Assembly (NCBI GenBank): GCA_965220395.1
Contig: CBDCPT010000001.1
Coordinates: forward strand, 1,652,933-1,716,932
Direction of reading: 5' to 3'
DNA length: 64,000 bases
Origin: Arenicellales bacterium
Lineage (GTDB): Bacteria; Pseudomonadota; Gammaproteobacteria; Arenicellales; JAJDZL01
In this document: one piece after another, positions 46,995-57,750 of the stretch
Position numbering within the stretch: position 1 is the stretch's first letter
Layout of the letters: every line of letters begins with the position of its first letter
Translations under genes and position numbers: made by a program
Notes under the pieces: model-generated
The model's database searches: none
The model's input: only the letters and a program-made list of their open reading frames with translations
What the model was told of the DNA's origin: nothing

Positions 46995-47267
46995 AAGCTT
47001 CTCTTTCGTGTTTAGTAGCTTTCCTGGCACTGATGACTCGACCGAACTCGTTACCGCTTTCATCGTAATATTCAGGCCAAGTGTGAATGACCACGACAAC
47101 GACTATGCCTATCATTCCCATCGTACGCCACCGTTGTTCATCTCAATACTGGTCTTCCAGCGTTGCTGCATATCGATCATCAAATACATGTACTGCAGTC
47201 TCAAAGCTAATCCCATGAGATCGAATATTTCTCTTACTCTTATTTTCGTCCCATGTCCAAAGTGCAT
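46975..47267 (-). pseudogene. brnT: BrnT (DUF497) toxin gene inactivated by a frameshift near the start and an in-frame TGA
   Basis: RBS AAGGAGG then ATG at 47267 gives MHFG. The family-like sequence WTWDENKSKRNIRSHGISFETAVHVFDD...LEDQY-TGA-DEQRW...GRVISARKATKHEREAYE is in another frame and is interrupted by TGA. Confidence 0.7.
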
Positions 47268-47435
47268 TCCAACCTCCTTGTAACTACATAATTGTAATTA
47301 TATAGTACGCTCTACCATTGGCAATTCTTCGCAACTTAGTGGCATTGATTTGAACAATTTCGGCTAGAATATCCGTTTTGTTCAAGTGATTCAGCATTAC
47401 CGCAATCACTACGACCCGACGATCTAATTCTGTCC

Positions 47436-48734
47436 ATGACCAATTCCGGATTCATGAAATTTGACACGCTGTCCCTGCATGCAGGACAGCGACCAGATGC
47501 CGCCACCCGTGCCCGGGCAACGCCAATCTATCAGACTGCCTCGTACGTGTTTGAGGATGTCGATCATGCCGCTTCCATCTTCAATATTGAACGCACAGGG
47601 CATGTATATTCTCGCATCTCGAATCCGACCAATGCGGTATTAGAAGAACGGATTTCGGCATTGGAAGGAGGTGTGGGAGCCATCGCAACCGCCAGTGGGC
47701 AAGCTGCCTTTCATCTAGCCATTGCCACCATTTTGGGAGCGGGTTCTCATATTGTGTCTTCCCAATCAATCTATGGCGGCTCGCACAACCTGCTCTCTTA
47801 TACTCTGCCGAGATTTGGCATAGAAACGACGTTTGTGCACCCCCGTGATCATGACGCGATCCGCAATGCTTTTCGCCCGAATACTCGCTTGTTGTTCGGA
47901 GAGGTGATCGGCAATCCGAGTTGCGAACTGTTGGACATCGAATCAGTTTCTGAAATCGCACACGAGCACGGCGTCCCTTTGTTGATCGACTCGACCTTTA
48001 CGACACCCTATCTGTGCAGACCTTTCGATCTAGGCGCGGACCTGGTCTTTCACTCGGCAACAAAATTCTTGAGCGGACATGGTGTAGTCATTGGTGGGGT
48101 ATTGGTAGACAGCGGCAAATTCGACTGGATTGCATCCGGCAAGTTTCCGACACTTACGGAGCCGTACGATGGGTTCCACGGGCTCAATTTTGCTGAAGAG
48201 TTCGGGCCCGCCGCCTACATTACCCGTGCACGCAAGGAAGGCGCCCGAGATTTTGGTGCCTGCATGAGCCCAATGACGGCATTTCTGGTACTGCAAGGCT
48301 TGGAGACGTTACCCCTCAGAATGGAACGGCATGTTTCCAACACTCGAAAAATTATTGAATTTCTTCGATCTCATTCCGCAGTCGAATGGGTGAGCTATCC
48401 TGAAGTTGCAGATCATCCGGATCATGAACTGGCAAAGCGCCAGTTGCCGAAAGGCGCAGGTGCGGTCTTTTCTTTCGGCATCAAAGGCGGCCGCGAAGCC
48501 GGTCATCGCTTGATTGAAAAATTGAAATTGTTTTCTCATCTGGCAAACGTCGGAGATGCCAAATCCTTGGTCATTCACCCTGCCTCGACGACGCATCATC
48601 GCATGGATGCACAGGCACTGCAAAATGCTGGTATTTCCGAGGGTCTGGTTCGACTTTCAGTTGGACTGGAAGATGCAAACGACCTCATCTCCGATCTTGA
48701 TTTAGGTCTGAAGTCTTCGCAGCGCACTCGTTGA
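47436..48734 (+). CDS. metY: O-acetylhomoserine aminocarboxypropyltransferase/sulfhydrylase (PLP-dependent)
   Basis: [18 protein letters not shown] and [11 protein letters not shown] (PLP lysine context). 432 aa. Confidence 0.85.
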   Translation: MTNSGFMKFDTLSLHAGQRPDAATRARATPIYQTASYVFEDVDHAASIFNIERTGHVYSRISNPTNAVLEERISALEGGVGAIATASGQAAFHLAIATILGAGSHIVSSQSIYGGSHNLLSYTLPRFGIETTFVHPRDHDAIRNAFRPNTRLLFGEVIGNPSCELLDIESVSEIAHEHGVPLLIDSTFTTPYLCRPFDLGADLVFHSATKFLSGHGVVIGGVLVDSGKFDWIASGKFPTLTEPYDGFHGLNFAEEFGPAAYITRARKEGARDFGACMSPMTAFLVLQGLETLPLRMERHVSNTRKIIEFLRSHSAVEWVSYPEVADHPDHELAKRQLPKGAGAVFSFGIKGGREAGHRLIEKLKLFSHLANVGDAKSLVIHPASTTHHRMDAQALQNAGISEGLVRLSVGLEDANDLISDLDLGLKSSQRTR

Positions 48735-48768
48735 ATAAATTCAACGAAATAGGAAGCTCTCGGCATTC

Positions 48769-49557
48769 ATGAAAATTCCGCTCCACGGCTATGACGCATA
48801 CGCATTCACTGGCGGAAAAGATATTGACCCAACCAAACCGTCTGCTTTGTTCGTCCATGGCGCGTCGTTGGACCACACCGTGTGGACGTTACCGGCTCGT
48901 TACTTCGCACGTCACGGCTGGAACGTGCTCGCAGTTGATTTGCCAGGTCATGGACTGTCCGAAGGAAAAATCCTTGCTGAGATTTCACAGTATGCAGACT
49001 GGCTCGTCGAAGTGCTCAACGCCGTCGGTATCGAACAAACCGCCATCATCGGACATAGCATGGGTTCGCTCATTACGCTCGACTGCGCAGCCCGACATCC
49101 GAGTCGCATTCGTGCTCTGGTTCTGGTCGGTACCGCGGTACCGATGCCGGTAACCGATCAGTTGCTGAACGCAGCAAACGCCAACGACCATATTGCAATT
49201 GATATGCTTACTGCTTGGGGGCACAGTCCAGCTGCACATTTCGGAGGCAACGAAACACCGGGTATGTGGATGATTGGAGGTTTGATGCGACTGTTTGAGC
49301 GCGGCAAGGCGGGTGTTTTATACAATGACCTCAATGCTTGCAACAACTACACATCGGGAATGGAAGCTGCACGCAACATCCAGTGTCTTACGATGCTGAT
49401 ACTGGGGGAGCACGACATGCTCACGCCGAGTCGAGCAGCACGTGAGCTAGCCAAGGAAATTAGCAATTCGCAAACTGTTGTCCTGCCGCGCACTGGACAT
49501 ACGATAATGTCGGAACGACCCGACGCATTGCTGGACTCACTGATCCAGATTGTTTGA
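48769..49557 (+). CDS. Alpha/beta hydrolase
   Basis: LFVHGAS...IIGHSMGS (GxSxG nucleophile elbow) and a C-terminal GH motif. Confidence 0.7.
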   Translation: MKIPLHGYDAYAFTGGKDIDPTKPSALFVHGASLDHTVWTLPARYFARHGWNVLAVDLPGHGLSEGKILAEISQYADWLVEVLNAVGIEQTAIIGHSMGSLITLDCAARHPSRIRALVLVGTAVPMPVTDQLLNAANANDHIAIDMLTAWGHSPAAHFGGNETPGMWMIGGLMRLFERGKAGVLYNDLNACNNYTSGMEAARNIQCLTMLILGEHDMLTPSRAARELAKEISNSQTVVLPRTGHTIMSERPDALLDSLIQIV

Positions 49558-49590
49558 TGATCCTTCCTACTTTATGATCGGACGCTGAAA

Positions 49591-50715
49591 ATGAACGAAA
49601 ACATTAAGCTCACTACAGACCTGATTCAAGCGAATTTGTGGGCGTTCCAAATTCTCATTGTCTTGGTCACCACTTTCATTGTCAGCCGAGTTCGACACTT
49701 CACACTGCTTCGCGTCGAAAAACGCCTGGCCCAAACCAATCTGATCTGGGGCCGATCGACTGTTGAAGCGATTCGAAAGCCGGCAGCTGTGCTGATTTGG
49801 GTGGCGGGCGTATCGTTCGCAATCGAAATTGCCCGTATCGAATTCCAGACAGCAATTTTTGAAGCTGTACCGGCATTGCGATCAACAGCAGCAATTGCAG
49901 CGATAACCTGGTTCGGCTTCAAATTTGTTGAAATCTACGAACGCAGTTACGTCGCCAAACAAGCAGAATCAGATTCGACTTTTGATCGTACGACTGTGTT
50001 CATCACATCAAAAATACTGCGAGTGGTCATTATTATTCTTGGCATTCTCGTCGCCATGCAGACGCTCGGCTTGAATATTGCCGGAATTCTGGCGTTCGGA
50101 GGCGTTGGGGGAATTGCGATTGGTTTTGCCGCACGCGAACTCATCGCCAACTACTTCGGTGGATTGATGCTGTTCATGGATCGACCATTCAAAGTTGGAG
50201 AAACAATCACATCATCCGATCGAGATATCGAAGGAACCGTCCAAGAGATAGGCTGGCGTCAAACCATTATTGTGCGATACGACACAAGAACTCTGTTTGT
50301 GCCAAATTCTGTTTTTGCAACTATTGTCGTTCGCAACTTGACGCGCCAGAAAAATCGTCGAATTTTCGAGTATGTCGGCATTCGCTACGATGACGCAGAT
50401 CAACTCACCGCCATTGTGTCTGATACCAAAGACATGCTATCGAATCATCCGGAAATCGATCAGGTAAATTCCACCATCGTAAACTTCGACCGATTTGCCG
50501 CTTCCTCACTTGATATCTTGATCTACTGTTTCACCAAGACGATCGTATGGGCTGAATACCATGAAGTGAAGCAGGATGTTCTGGTCAAAACCATGGAAGT
50601 CATCACAAGTCACGGCGCTGAAATCGCATTCCCAACCTCCACGGTCTATCTGATGAATGAGCCCGATATAGAGAAAATTGCGGAAGGAATCGTACAAGCC
50701 GATCAGTCGAATTGA
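49591..50715 (+). CDS. Mechanosensitive ion channel (MscS family)
   Basis: TM helices followed by NYFGGLMLFMDRPFKVGE and a beta-domain pattern. Confidence 0.8.
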   Translation: MNENIKLTTDLIQANLWAFQILIVLVTTFIVSRVRHFTLLRVEKRLAQTNLIWGRSTVEAIRKPAAVLIWVAGVSFAIEIARIEFQTAIFEAVPALRSTAAIAAITWFGFKFVEIYERSYVAKQAESDSTFDRTTVFITSKILRVVIIILGILVAMQTLGLNIAGILAFGGVGGIAIGFAARELIANYFGGLMLFMDRPFKVGETITSSDRDIEGTVQEIGWRQTIIVRYDTRTLFVPNSVFATIVVRNLTRQKNRRIFEYVGIRYDDADQLTAIVSDTKDMLSNHPEIDQVNSTIVNFDRFAASSLDILIYCFTKTIVWAEYHEVKQDVLVKTMEVITSHGAEIAFPTSTVYLMNEPDIEKIAEGIVQADQSN

Positions 50716-50716
50716 C

Positions 50717-51589
50717 CTAAGCGGATCCTTTGTTTCTGACCATCTCACGGTGGAGTATGTAAAGCATACTGAGTGTGATGATCAGTGCCCCACCAAGCGC
50801 GGACGCAGTCGGAACTTCCTGAAACAAGATATATCCTACAATAACCATAAATATCATTCTGGTGTATAGAAACGGTGCGACGAATTGAGCATCGCCCAAA
50901 GCGTAGCCCCTGACATCCATATAGTTTCGCAGCGATGACATGGCCGCCACCATTATGAGCAATAGCCACTCCCGCACTGTCGGTGTTTCCCACACGATTA
51001 ACGCTGGGGGAAAACTGCCGACAGCCAGAATGGTGCTGAAGTAGAATACGATCGTTCCCGGATGTTCTGTGACAGACAGCTTCTTCCCTAGTATCAACGT
51101 CAGAGAAAATGCAATCGAGGCAAATATCGGTGCAAACCAGCGAATTTCCATTGGCTCAGGCAGATAGCCTATGACCATTACGGCACCAAAGAGTCCGAGC
51201 ATGGATGCGATTGCTCGTCGCAGTCCGACTTTCTCCCCCAGCAGTGGAACGCTGAACGCAGTCACGAACAATGGAGTCGTGAAAAACAAAGCTGTAACTG
51301 TGGCAAGTGGAAGAATTGTCAGCGAATAAAATCCGAGATTGATCGCAACAACGCCGATGATTCCACGCACCAGGTGCAGTTTCATGCGATTGGTTCTAAT
51401 TTTCAATCCGGACTGCGGGAGAATGAATGCAAGAATCATCACCGAACCGACTGCACCGCGTACGAATACGGTCTGTGCTGAATGAATAAAGCCAGCGAGT
51501 TCGTGAACACCGGCACTCATTACAGTTGCTACGACCGCGGACCCAGCAATCCAGGCAGCACCTCGAATATTATTCGCAGCAGTAGCCAA
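50717..51589 (-). CDS. DMT-superfamily (EamA-like) transporter
   Basis: 290 aa, ten predicted TM helices, two-repeat architecture. Confidence 0.75.
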   Translation of the reverse strand: MATAANNIRGAAWIAGSAVVATVMSAGVHELAGFIHSAQTVFVRGAVGSVMILAFILPQSGLKIRTNRMKLHLVRGIIGVVAINLGFYSLTILPLATVTALFFTTPLFVTAFSVPLLGEKVGLRRAIASMLGLFGAVMVIGYLPEPMEIRWFAPIFASIAFSLTLILGKKLSVTEHPGTIVFYFSTILAVGSFPPALIVWETPTVREWLLLIMVAAMSSLRNYMDVRGYALGDAQFVAPFLYTRMIFMVIVGYILFQEVPTASALGGALIITLSMLYILHREMVRNKGSA

Positions 51590-51635
51590 TTATTCTTTTA
51601 TCTTAATATTTGACAAGTTCAGGAGGAAACTCGGA

Positions 51636-52415
51636 ATGGAACTAGGACTCAAGGGTAAAAACGCCCTAATCTGCGCATCAAGCAGAGGGCTCGGCAAGGG
51701 CTGTGCAAAGGCACTTGCTGCTGAAGGTGTCAATGTGTGGCTGAATGGACGAGATCCCAACACTCTGGACTCCGCAGTTTCTGAAATCCGCGATATCGCA
51801 GGCGGCAGCGTCAACGCAATTGCGTGCGACATCACCACCGAAGCCGGCCGAAGCATGACTCTTGCTGAAACTCCGCAGTTGGATATTCTCGTCAACAATG
51901 CCGGCGGCCCGCCAGTCGGTAACTTTCGAGGCTGGAAATTGGAAGACTGGCAATCAGCATTGAACAACAATATGCTCACTCCAATCGAGCTGTTCCGCCA
52001 GGTTATTGACGGAATGATTGAACGCCGTTTCGGACGCATCATCAACATCACGTCTTCTTCCGTAAAGTCTCCAATTCAAAACCTAGACCTGTCCAATGGC
52101 GCCCGGTCGGGACTGACTGGATACTTTGCTGGAGCTTCCCGTCAGATTGCACAGTACAACGTCACTGTGAACGCAATCCTGCCCGGTCGATTTGATACCG
52201 ATAGGCTGCGAAGCAGCATGCAGTTCTCCGCGGAGAAGACCGGTGAACCCATTAATCTGCTACTGGAAAAAGGCAAAGAAGCAATTCCATCAAAACGCTT
52301 TGGCTCACCCGATGAGTTCGGAGCTCTTTGCGCGTTTTTGTGCAGCAGGCACGCAAGTTACATTACCGGGCAAAATATTCTAATTGACGGTGGGCTCGTA
52401 CCGCTCAACCCGTAA
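51636..52415 (+). CDS. SDR-family oxidoreductase
   Basis: ASSRGLGKG (TGxxxGxG variant), NNAG, and the S...YxxxK region inferred. 259 aa. Confidence 0.75.
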   Translation: MELGLKGKNALICASSRGLGKGCAKALAAEGVNVWLNGRDPNTLDSAVSEIRDIAGGSVNAIACDITTEAGRSMTLAETPQLDILVNNAGGPPVGNFRGWKLEDWQSALNNNMLTPIELFRQVIDGMIERRFGRIINITSSSVKSPIQNLDLSNGARSGLTGYFAGASRQIAQYNVTVNAILPGRFDTDRLRSSMQFSAEKTGEPINLLLEKGKEAIPSKRFGSPDEFGALCAFLCSRHASYITGQNILIDGGLVPLNP

Positions 52416-54825
52416 TCAATTTTCTCGGAATTTCGAGCCTGACTGTTTCAGGCAACAAGCATAACTTTTCATCACACGCCTGAAGGCGAACATCCACAGC
52501 TGTCGCTACAGCAGTCGGGCCTTTAGGCGCCAGCTCAATCGGTATCCGAATTTTTCCCGAAAACACTGATAACGGATCACTCTGAAATGACGTTGACAAT
52601 AATTTCGCGGGCGGATACACCGCATTTACAAGCACCCAGTCGTCAGTGGAGATGTCAATTTGGGTGGCAAACAGATTGTCAGCTGCAGGTTTATCGGATT
52701 GAACATGCCAGCCGTCGTCAAGTTCTAATTCCACCACTGCATGAATACGGTCGATATCCGCCTCAGTCACTGACACCGACACCTTTGCATGCCCGGAGGC
52801 TGCGTATTCCTTTTCATCGCTTGAGCCGCCGCGGTGTTCTTCCAGTGCCAGTAACGCATAAGTAAAACTAGTCGGACTTTGTAAAATTTCGACACCGAAT
52901 GCTTGAAACAACTGTTCCACGCGAAGGCTGTAGGATCGCTTTCCAGTTCTGTAGAACAGTCTGGATAAAGCATGTGCTGCAATAGAATTTCCTGAAGGTA
53001 TCGCCCTATCGAAACGATCTTTCTGGCGGGCAATCAAACCCTGCGCATCATTATTGGATACCGAATAAAAACCACCGCGCTCCTGGTCCCAGAATGCTTC
53101 GAGCATCTGCTCCGCAAGCTGCTCGCTTCGTTCCAACCAGACTCGGTTGCCGGTCTCATCAAACAGTGTCAGGAATGCCAGCGATAGATACGCATAGTCG
53201 CGAAGCTTTGCCGGCTCAGTCAATTGGCCGTCAATTTGAATGCGATACAGTTGTCCGTGCTCATCTCGCGCGCTATTCCAAAGATGCTCGCCAGCTGTGA
53301 TGGCGGCTTGCAGATATCGATCATTTTCCAAATTGCGTCCGGCTTCAGCCAACGTCGTAACCATCATGGCATTCCATGCAGTAATAATCTTGGTATCCAG
53401 GAAAGGTTTAGCACGCCGGTCACGGTAAATTCGCAGTTTTTCTTTTGTCTGCGCTAGAATTTCCAAATACTGTGATGTGCTCAATTCAGATTCTGCTGCG
53501 CGCGATTCCGGTGTTGTGCTCATGTAAAGAATGTTTTTACCCTCGAAATTCCCCTGCTCGGAAATATCGAAGGTATCCATCACGATTTCGGAGTTTTCGC
53601 CTGCAATCTGCCGGATTTCTTCCAGCGTCCATAGAAAGAATTCCCCTTCTTCACCTTCACTGTCCGCATCGGTGGCAGAATAGAACACTCCATTCTCATT
53701 CATCATGTCGCGTAGCACGTAGTCCAGTGCTTGTTCAGCTACGCGACGATAGAGTTCGCCTCCCGCAATCCGATAAAAATAAAGATAGGCTCGAGTGATG
53801 TGCGCCTGGTTGTAGAGCATTTTTTCAAAATGCGGAATTCGCCACTCGCTATCTACCGTGTAGCGATGAAATCCGCCGCCAACGTGATCTCGGATACCGC
53901 CAAGCGCCATGTCTGTCAAGCGATTTTCAACCAGCAAAAGAGCAGCTTCATTTTGATATCTGACTGCCGTATCAAGCAACATAAGCAGCTCTGATTCACT
54001 TGGAAAACTCGCAGTCGGTTGTGAAAATTCATTTTTGGCCTGTTCTCGCTGCGTCATAACGTCAACAATCCAATCGACCTGTTCTCTTTCGAGGTTAACC
54101 TTCATGGATTGAGTCATTCCAAATTTCCGAATGACTTGGGTAATTTCTTCTGCCAGCATTTCAACCCGCGATCGGTTGGAACTCCAGGCTGACTCTACAG
54201 CGTCCAGCACTCGCTGGAATTCATCCGGTGGAAGATAAGTCATACCCAGAAAGGGTTTCCCCTCCGGAGTTAGAAATACATTCAGAGGCCAGCCTCCGGG
54301 CCTGCCCATGACCTGCATTGCCAGAAGATAGAGTTCGTCCACATCAGGATTGGTTTCCCGGTCGACTTTGACCGCGACGAAGTTCTCGTTCAGGACGCGA
54401 GCGATTTCCACGTTGTCATAACTCTGCTCTTCCATGACGTGGCACCAGTGGCAGGAGGAATAACCGATAGAAAGCAGTATCGGTCTCTGTAAATTCGCAG
54501 CCGCGGAGAATTTATCCCCACTCCAGGAATACCAGTTGACTGGATTGTGTGCATGCTGCCTTAGATAAGGCGAGTTTTCCAGAAGAAGTCGATTTGCAAA
54601 TAACGGCGTACCATCCTCTTGTCGATGTTGAGAGCGGACGTCATGTCTTGATGATCTGCCATCCCAAGCATTTTGAATTTCTGCCTGTACATCGACAGGC
54701 ATTTCAACTGCGCCGGGCAGCGCTTGAAAATCGAAAGCCAATACAGAGTTCATACTGCACAAGCCAAGTACAGCACCCAGCATTACAATAAACCCGTAGG
54801 TTGTCCGATTCGATGCTTTATTCAT
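52405..54825 (-). CDS. Secreted thioredoxin-domain (DUF255/YyaL-like) protein with an alpha/alpha-toroid middle part and a C-terminal DsbD-N-like domain
   Basis: Signal peptide, NPVNWYSW...SCHWCHVME (DUF255), and C-terminal DDGWHVQS...LQACDEKLCLLP. Confidence 0.7.
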   Translation of the reverse strand: MNKASNRTTYGFIVMLGAVLGLCSMNSVLAFDFQALPGAVEMPVDVQAEIQNAWDGRSSRHDVRSQHRQEDGTPLFANRLLLENSPYLRQHAHNPVNWYSWSGDKFSAAANLQRPILLSIGYSSCHWCHVMEEQSYDNVEIARVLNENFVAVKVDRETNPDVDELYLLAMQVMGRPGGWPLNVFLTPEGKPFLGMTYLPPDEFQRVLDAVESAWSSNRSRVEMLAEEITQVIRKFGMTQSMKVNLEREQVDWIVDVMTQREQAKNEFSQPTASFPSESELLMLLDTAVRYQNEAALLLVENRLTDMALGGIRDHVGGGFHRYTVDSEWRIPHFEKMLYNQAHITRAYLYFYRIAGGELYRRVAEQALDYVLRDMMNENGVFYSATDADSEGEEGEFFLWTLEEIRQIAGENSEIVMDTFDISEQGNFEGKNILYMSTTPESRAAESELSTSQYLEILAQTKEKLRIYRDRRAKPFLDTKIITAWNAMMVTTLAEAGRNLENDRYLQAAITAGEHLWNSARDEHGQLYRIQIDGQLTEPAKLRDYAYLSLAFLTLFDETGNRVWLERSEQLAEQMLEAFWDQERGGFYSVSNNDAQGLIARQKDRFDRAIPSGNSIAAHALSRLFYRTGKRSYSLRVEQLFQAFGVEILQSPTSFTYALLALEEHRGGSSDEKEYAASGHAKVSVSVTEADIDRIHAVVELELDDGWHVQSDKPAADNLFATQIDISTDDWVLVNAVYPPAKLLSTSFQSDPLSVFSGKIRIPIELAPKGPTAVATAVDVRLQACDEKLCLLPETVRLEIPRKLITG

Positions 54826-54826
54826 G

Positions 54827-55405
54827 CTAAGTGCGTCTAGAAAGCCTTAAAGTGTGGGCTCGTCCCCAAACTAGTCCGATGATCAACCCAGTCGTATGCG
54901 CCACATTGGCAATGTTTCCAATGATTCCAGTCCAGCATAAAGCAAACCAAATCAGCATAATCGGCACAACCGCCGGAGGCATGACCCTGCCGAACATCCT
55001 CGGGTTGAAGATAGATTGCATCCAGACATATCCAAAAAACGCATAAACAACGCCGGACATTCCGCCAAACAAGGGACCAGAGACATAAAACTCCCCAATA
55101 TTGGACAGTGCAGCGGAAACTGCGAAAATCATCAACAGCAGTCGTTTACCCTGAATACGTTCGATCGCACCACCCAATACCCATACCCACAACAAATTGA
55201 ATGCGAGGTGGTAGATACTAAAGTGAACAAATGCCGGAGTGAACAGACGATACAGTTCACCACTGAATATCTCTTCCAAGGTGCCTGCCTTGGTTGAAAT
55301 AACAGTGGCGGCCAAAATTGTGTAGTTGTCGCCAAATTTGGCTAGCAGGGTGATGACAACCGACAAGCCGACCAGGGAATAAGTAACTGGAAGCTTCTCT
55401 TTCAT
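54827..55405 (-). CDS. Rhomboid-family intramembrane serine protease
   Basis: HFSIYHLAFNLLW and GMSGVVYAFFG motifs (catalytic Ser context), with a His in a later TM. Confidence 0.8.
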   Translation of the reverse strand: MKEKLPVTYSLVGLSVVITLLAKFGDNYTILAATVISTKAGTLEEIFSGELYRLFTPAFVHFSIYHLAFNLLWVWVLGGAIERIQGKRLLLMIFAVSAALSNIGEFYVSGPLFGGMSGVVYAFFGYVWMQSIFNPRMFGRVMPPAVVPIMLIWFALCWTGIIGNIANVAHTTGLIIGLVWGRAHTLRLSRRT

Positions 55406-55429
55406 TGGACGCGATCGGGCACAGAGAGC

Positions 55430-55855
55430 TTAGTCTTCAAGCAGTTCGATTCGGTCCGCACCGCCAAGTGTAACAAGCCGTCCATCAAGTGTTGTGAAGG
55501 TGCGTCCCTTGATGTCTTTCTGACGTGCTTTGTACGTAGTTGCCTGTTCTTCCTGCGTACTGACTACACGAATGTTAATTACGGTATTGTCAGCCTGCCA
55601 TTTGAAGAAATAAACGACACCAGAGGCGACGGCCAGTACTCCTGCTATGGAATAAATCAGCCACTTAGAAGGCTTGAACGGCGAAAGCTCAGGAGTCTTT
55701 ACTCTTTTGTTGGATTGAATGGTTTGTTTGAATCTGGATTGATATACGAACAGAACAACAATGATGACTGCAATTGTGAACAGAATCTTGGTTAGCATTG
55801 ACTTGATAGTCAGGTTTTTCGCAGAATCAGAGAGATCGATTTGGTTGGTTTCCAT
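55430..55855 (-). CDS. Hypothetical membrane protein
   Basis: Two hydrophobic segments. No family was recognised. Confidence 0.45.
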   Translation of the reverse strand: METNQIDLSDSAKNLTIKSMLTKILFTIAVIIVVLFVYQSRFKQTIQSNKRVKTPELSPFKPSKWLIYSIAGVLAVASGVVYFFKWQADNTVINIRVVSTQEEQATTYKARQKDIKGRTFTTLDGRLVTLGGADRIELLED

Positions 55856-56002
55856 CTATTGTACGACAAAAGAGTAATTCAGATGTTCAGCCCTGTCCGG
55901 TTCATGTGGACTCCATTCACTATCAACTATGGATACTGAGTGTGGTTTAATTCTGTTCTTGATTCCATACATTGATCCTGAATCTCCTTTCTTGCACTAA
56001 CC

Positions 56003-57211
56003 ATGCGGAACACTAAACTAACTCTCGCAATCATCTGCACTGCGCATATTCTGGGAATGATTCCATTCTCGATGTATCCCACCTTGATACCGACTCTGCA
56101 AGTCGAATGGGGGGCGAATAACACAGAAATCGGCTGGGTTGCGGGAATTTATTTCGGTGGATATCTGCTTGCTGTCACAATACTCGTCCCGCTGACCGAC
56201 CGAATTGACTCTCGCTGGATTTATCTGTGCTCAATGGCTTTGACCGCCATCATTCCGTTGTTATTCGGATTATTGACTTCAGGAATCATCAGCGCCAGTG
56301 TGTGGCGGTTTCTTCAAGGAGTCGGGCTTGCAGGAACCTATATGCCTGGATTGAAGGCAATGGTTGACGCAGTTCCTGATCGAATGCAAAGCCGGACGGT
56401 AGCGATGTATACCATGTGTTTCGGATTAGGTGTCGCAGTTTCATTTCTGGTAGCGGGAGTTCTTGCAAAAATTTTGCCTTGGCAATGGGTTTTCGCGGCA
56501 TCAGCGCTCGGCCCGCTGGTCGCTTACATTCTCACCTACTTGTTTCTCCCGCATGCACAACCAGCCAAATCTGAAGAACGGTTCAGACTGATTCCGAATT
56601 TCAGGCCGGTTTTCCAAAATCGCAAAGCGCTTGGATTCAGCATTGCATACAGTGTCCATAATGCGGAATTGTTCGTGTTCCGATCATGGGCGGTCACTTT
56701 TCTGGTATTCGCCTTGACCCAACGAGAGCCGGGGGCGTTCGGTGGCAACTGGAATCCGGCATTCATTGTTGCTTGTGCAACCCTGATCGCGCAGCCATTC
56801 AGCGTTTTTACCAATGAACTGGCTGAGCGCTTGAATCGCGTAAAGGTCATACTGGTTGTCATGGCTCTATCGGCAATTTCTGGAATCGCACTCGGATTCT
56901 CAAGCCAGATGTCGATGATCGTCATCGTATGCCTGGTTTGCATCTATGCCATTTTGTCCATTTCCGACTCGGCCTCAATCACCTCTGCGGTTGTGAGAAA
57001 CGCTGAATCTCGCGTACGCGGGACTACTATGGCGTTTCACACCCTAGTCGGGTTTGTGGGTGCCTTCGTGGGGCCGATCTTATTTGGAGTGGTTCTTGAT
57101 CTGGCAAGTGGAGGCGACAGGCCAGCCGCTTGGGGGATTGCGTTCATCGGAGTCGCGGTATTGGTTTTGATTGGGCCTTTTGCCATAAAGCGAACAGGCA
57201 ATACCAATTGA
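56003..57211 (+). CDS. MFS transporter
   Basis: 402 aa, about 12 TM helices, and PLTDRIDSRWI loop motif. Confidence 0.8.
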   Translation: MRNTKLTLAIICTAHILGMIPFSMYPTLIPTLQVEWGANNTEIGWVAGIYFGGYLLAVTILVPLTDRIDSRWIYLCSMALTAIIPLLFGLLTSGIISASVWRFLQGVGLAGTYMPGLKAMVDAVPDRMQSRTVAMYTMCFGLGVAVSFLVAGVLAKILPWQWVFAASALGPLVAYILTYLFLPHAQPAKSEERFRLIPNFRPVFQNRKALGFSIAYSVHNAELFVFRSWAVTFLVFALTQREPGAFGGNWNPAFIVACATLIAQPFSVFTNELAERLNRVKVILVVMALSAISGIALGFSSQMSMIVIVCLVCIYAILSISDSASITSAVVRNAESRVRGTTMAFHTLVGFVGAFVGPILFGVVLDLASGGDRPAAWGIAFIGVAVLVLIGPFAIKRTGNTN

Positions 57212-57274
57212 AGCAACTCCGTCGAGTCTGTCTTCCGTCACCAGATTACTCAATTTTCAGTTCATACTAGTGTC

Positions 57275-57740
57275 TTGTCATTCGTCAAGTGTCGGATCAA
57301 GACATTTCAGTTTGATACGCGCATCATCGGATGTGAATTGCCAGCCAACTTTGCCTCCAATCCGTCTCTTTGCGACTGCCACGCAGCAACTTCCCGACTC
57401 ATGGTGACCGTTGCATCGATTCTCCGATTCCGGCACAACTGGGCCATGACTCGAATCTCAACCTCCGCAACATTGAGCCAACTGCCGTCCATAGATATGG
57501 TTTCGTAGCTAAACTAAACATCTCCGCAAAAATTCAAGCGAAGTTCAGGTGTGCTGTTTAGAGTTGCACGAGGCAAAGCAGTTTGACGTCGCTATCATGG
57601 GAATTCTTCCGACCCTCGCATCGGACTGTCGCTGGATCATTGAGACGCTGTTGGCCAGAAGTGATTACCACCACGGAGTACTGGTTACTCAATCGATTCG
57701 ATTGCGAATCCCCAGTCGGCAAGAGATACGGTCTGGATCG
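57275..57740 (-). pseudogene. IS630-family transposase remnant (C-terminal part, multiple frame disruptions)
   Basis: GSWLNVAEVEIRVMAQLCRNRRI...REVAAWQ is the conserved IS630 C-terminus. The final ...WQFTSDDARIKLK segment is in a different frame. Upstream pieces contain stops. Confidence 0.65.
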
Positions 57741-57750
57741 GAATTCTTAT

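Noticed and set aside
47290-47435. A possible SAM-type riboswitch upstream of metY.
   Set aside because: I could not recognise any of the conserved riboswitch cores by eye. This would need a covariance-model scan (Rfam/Infernal) before any claim.
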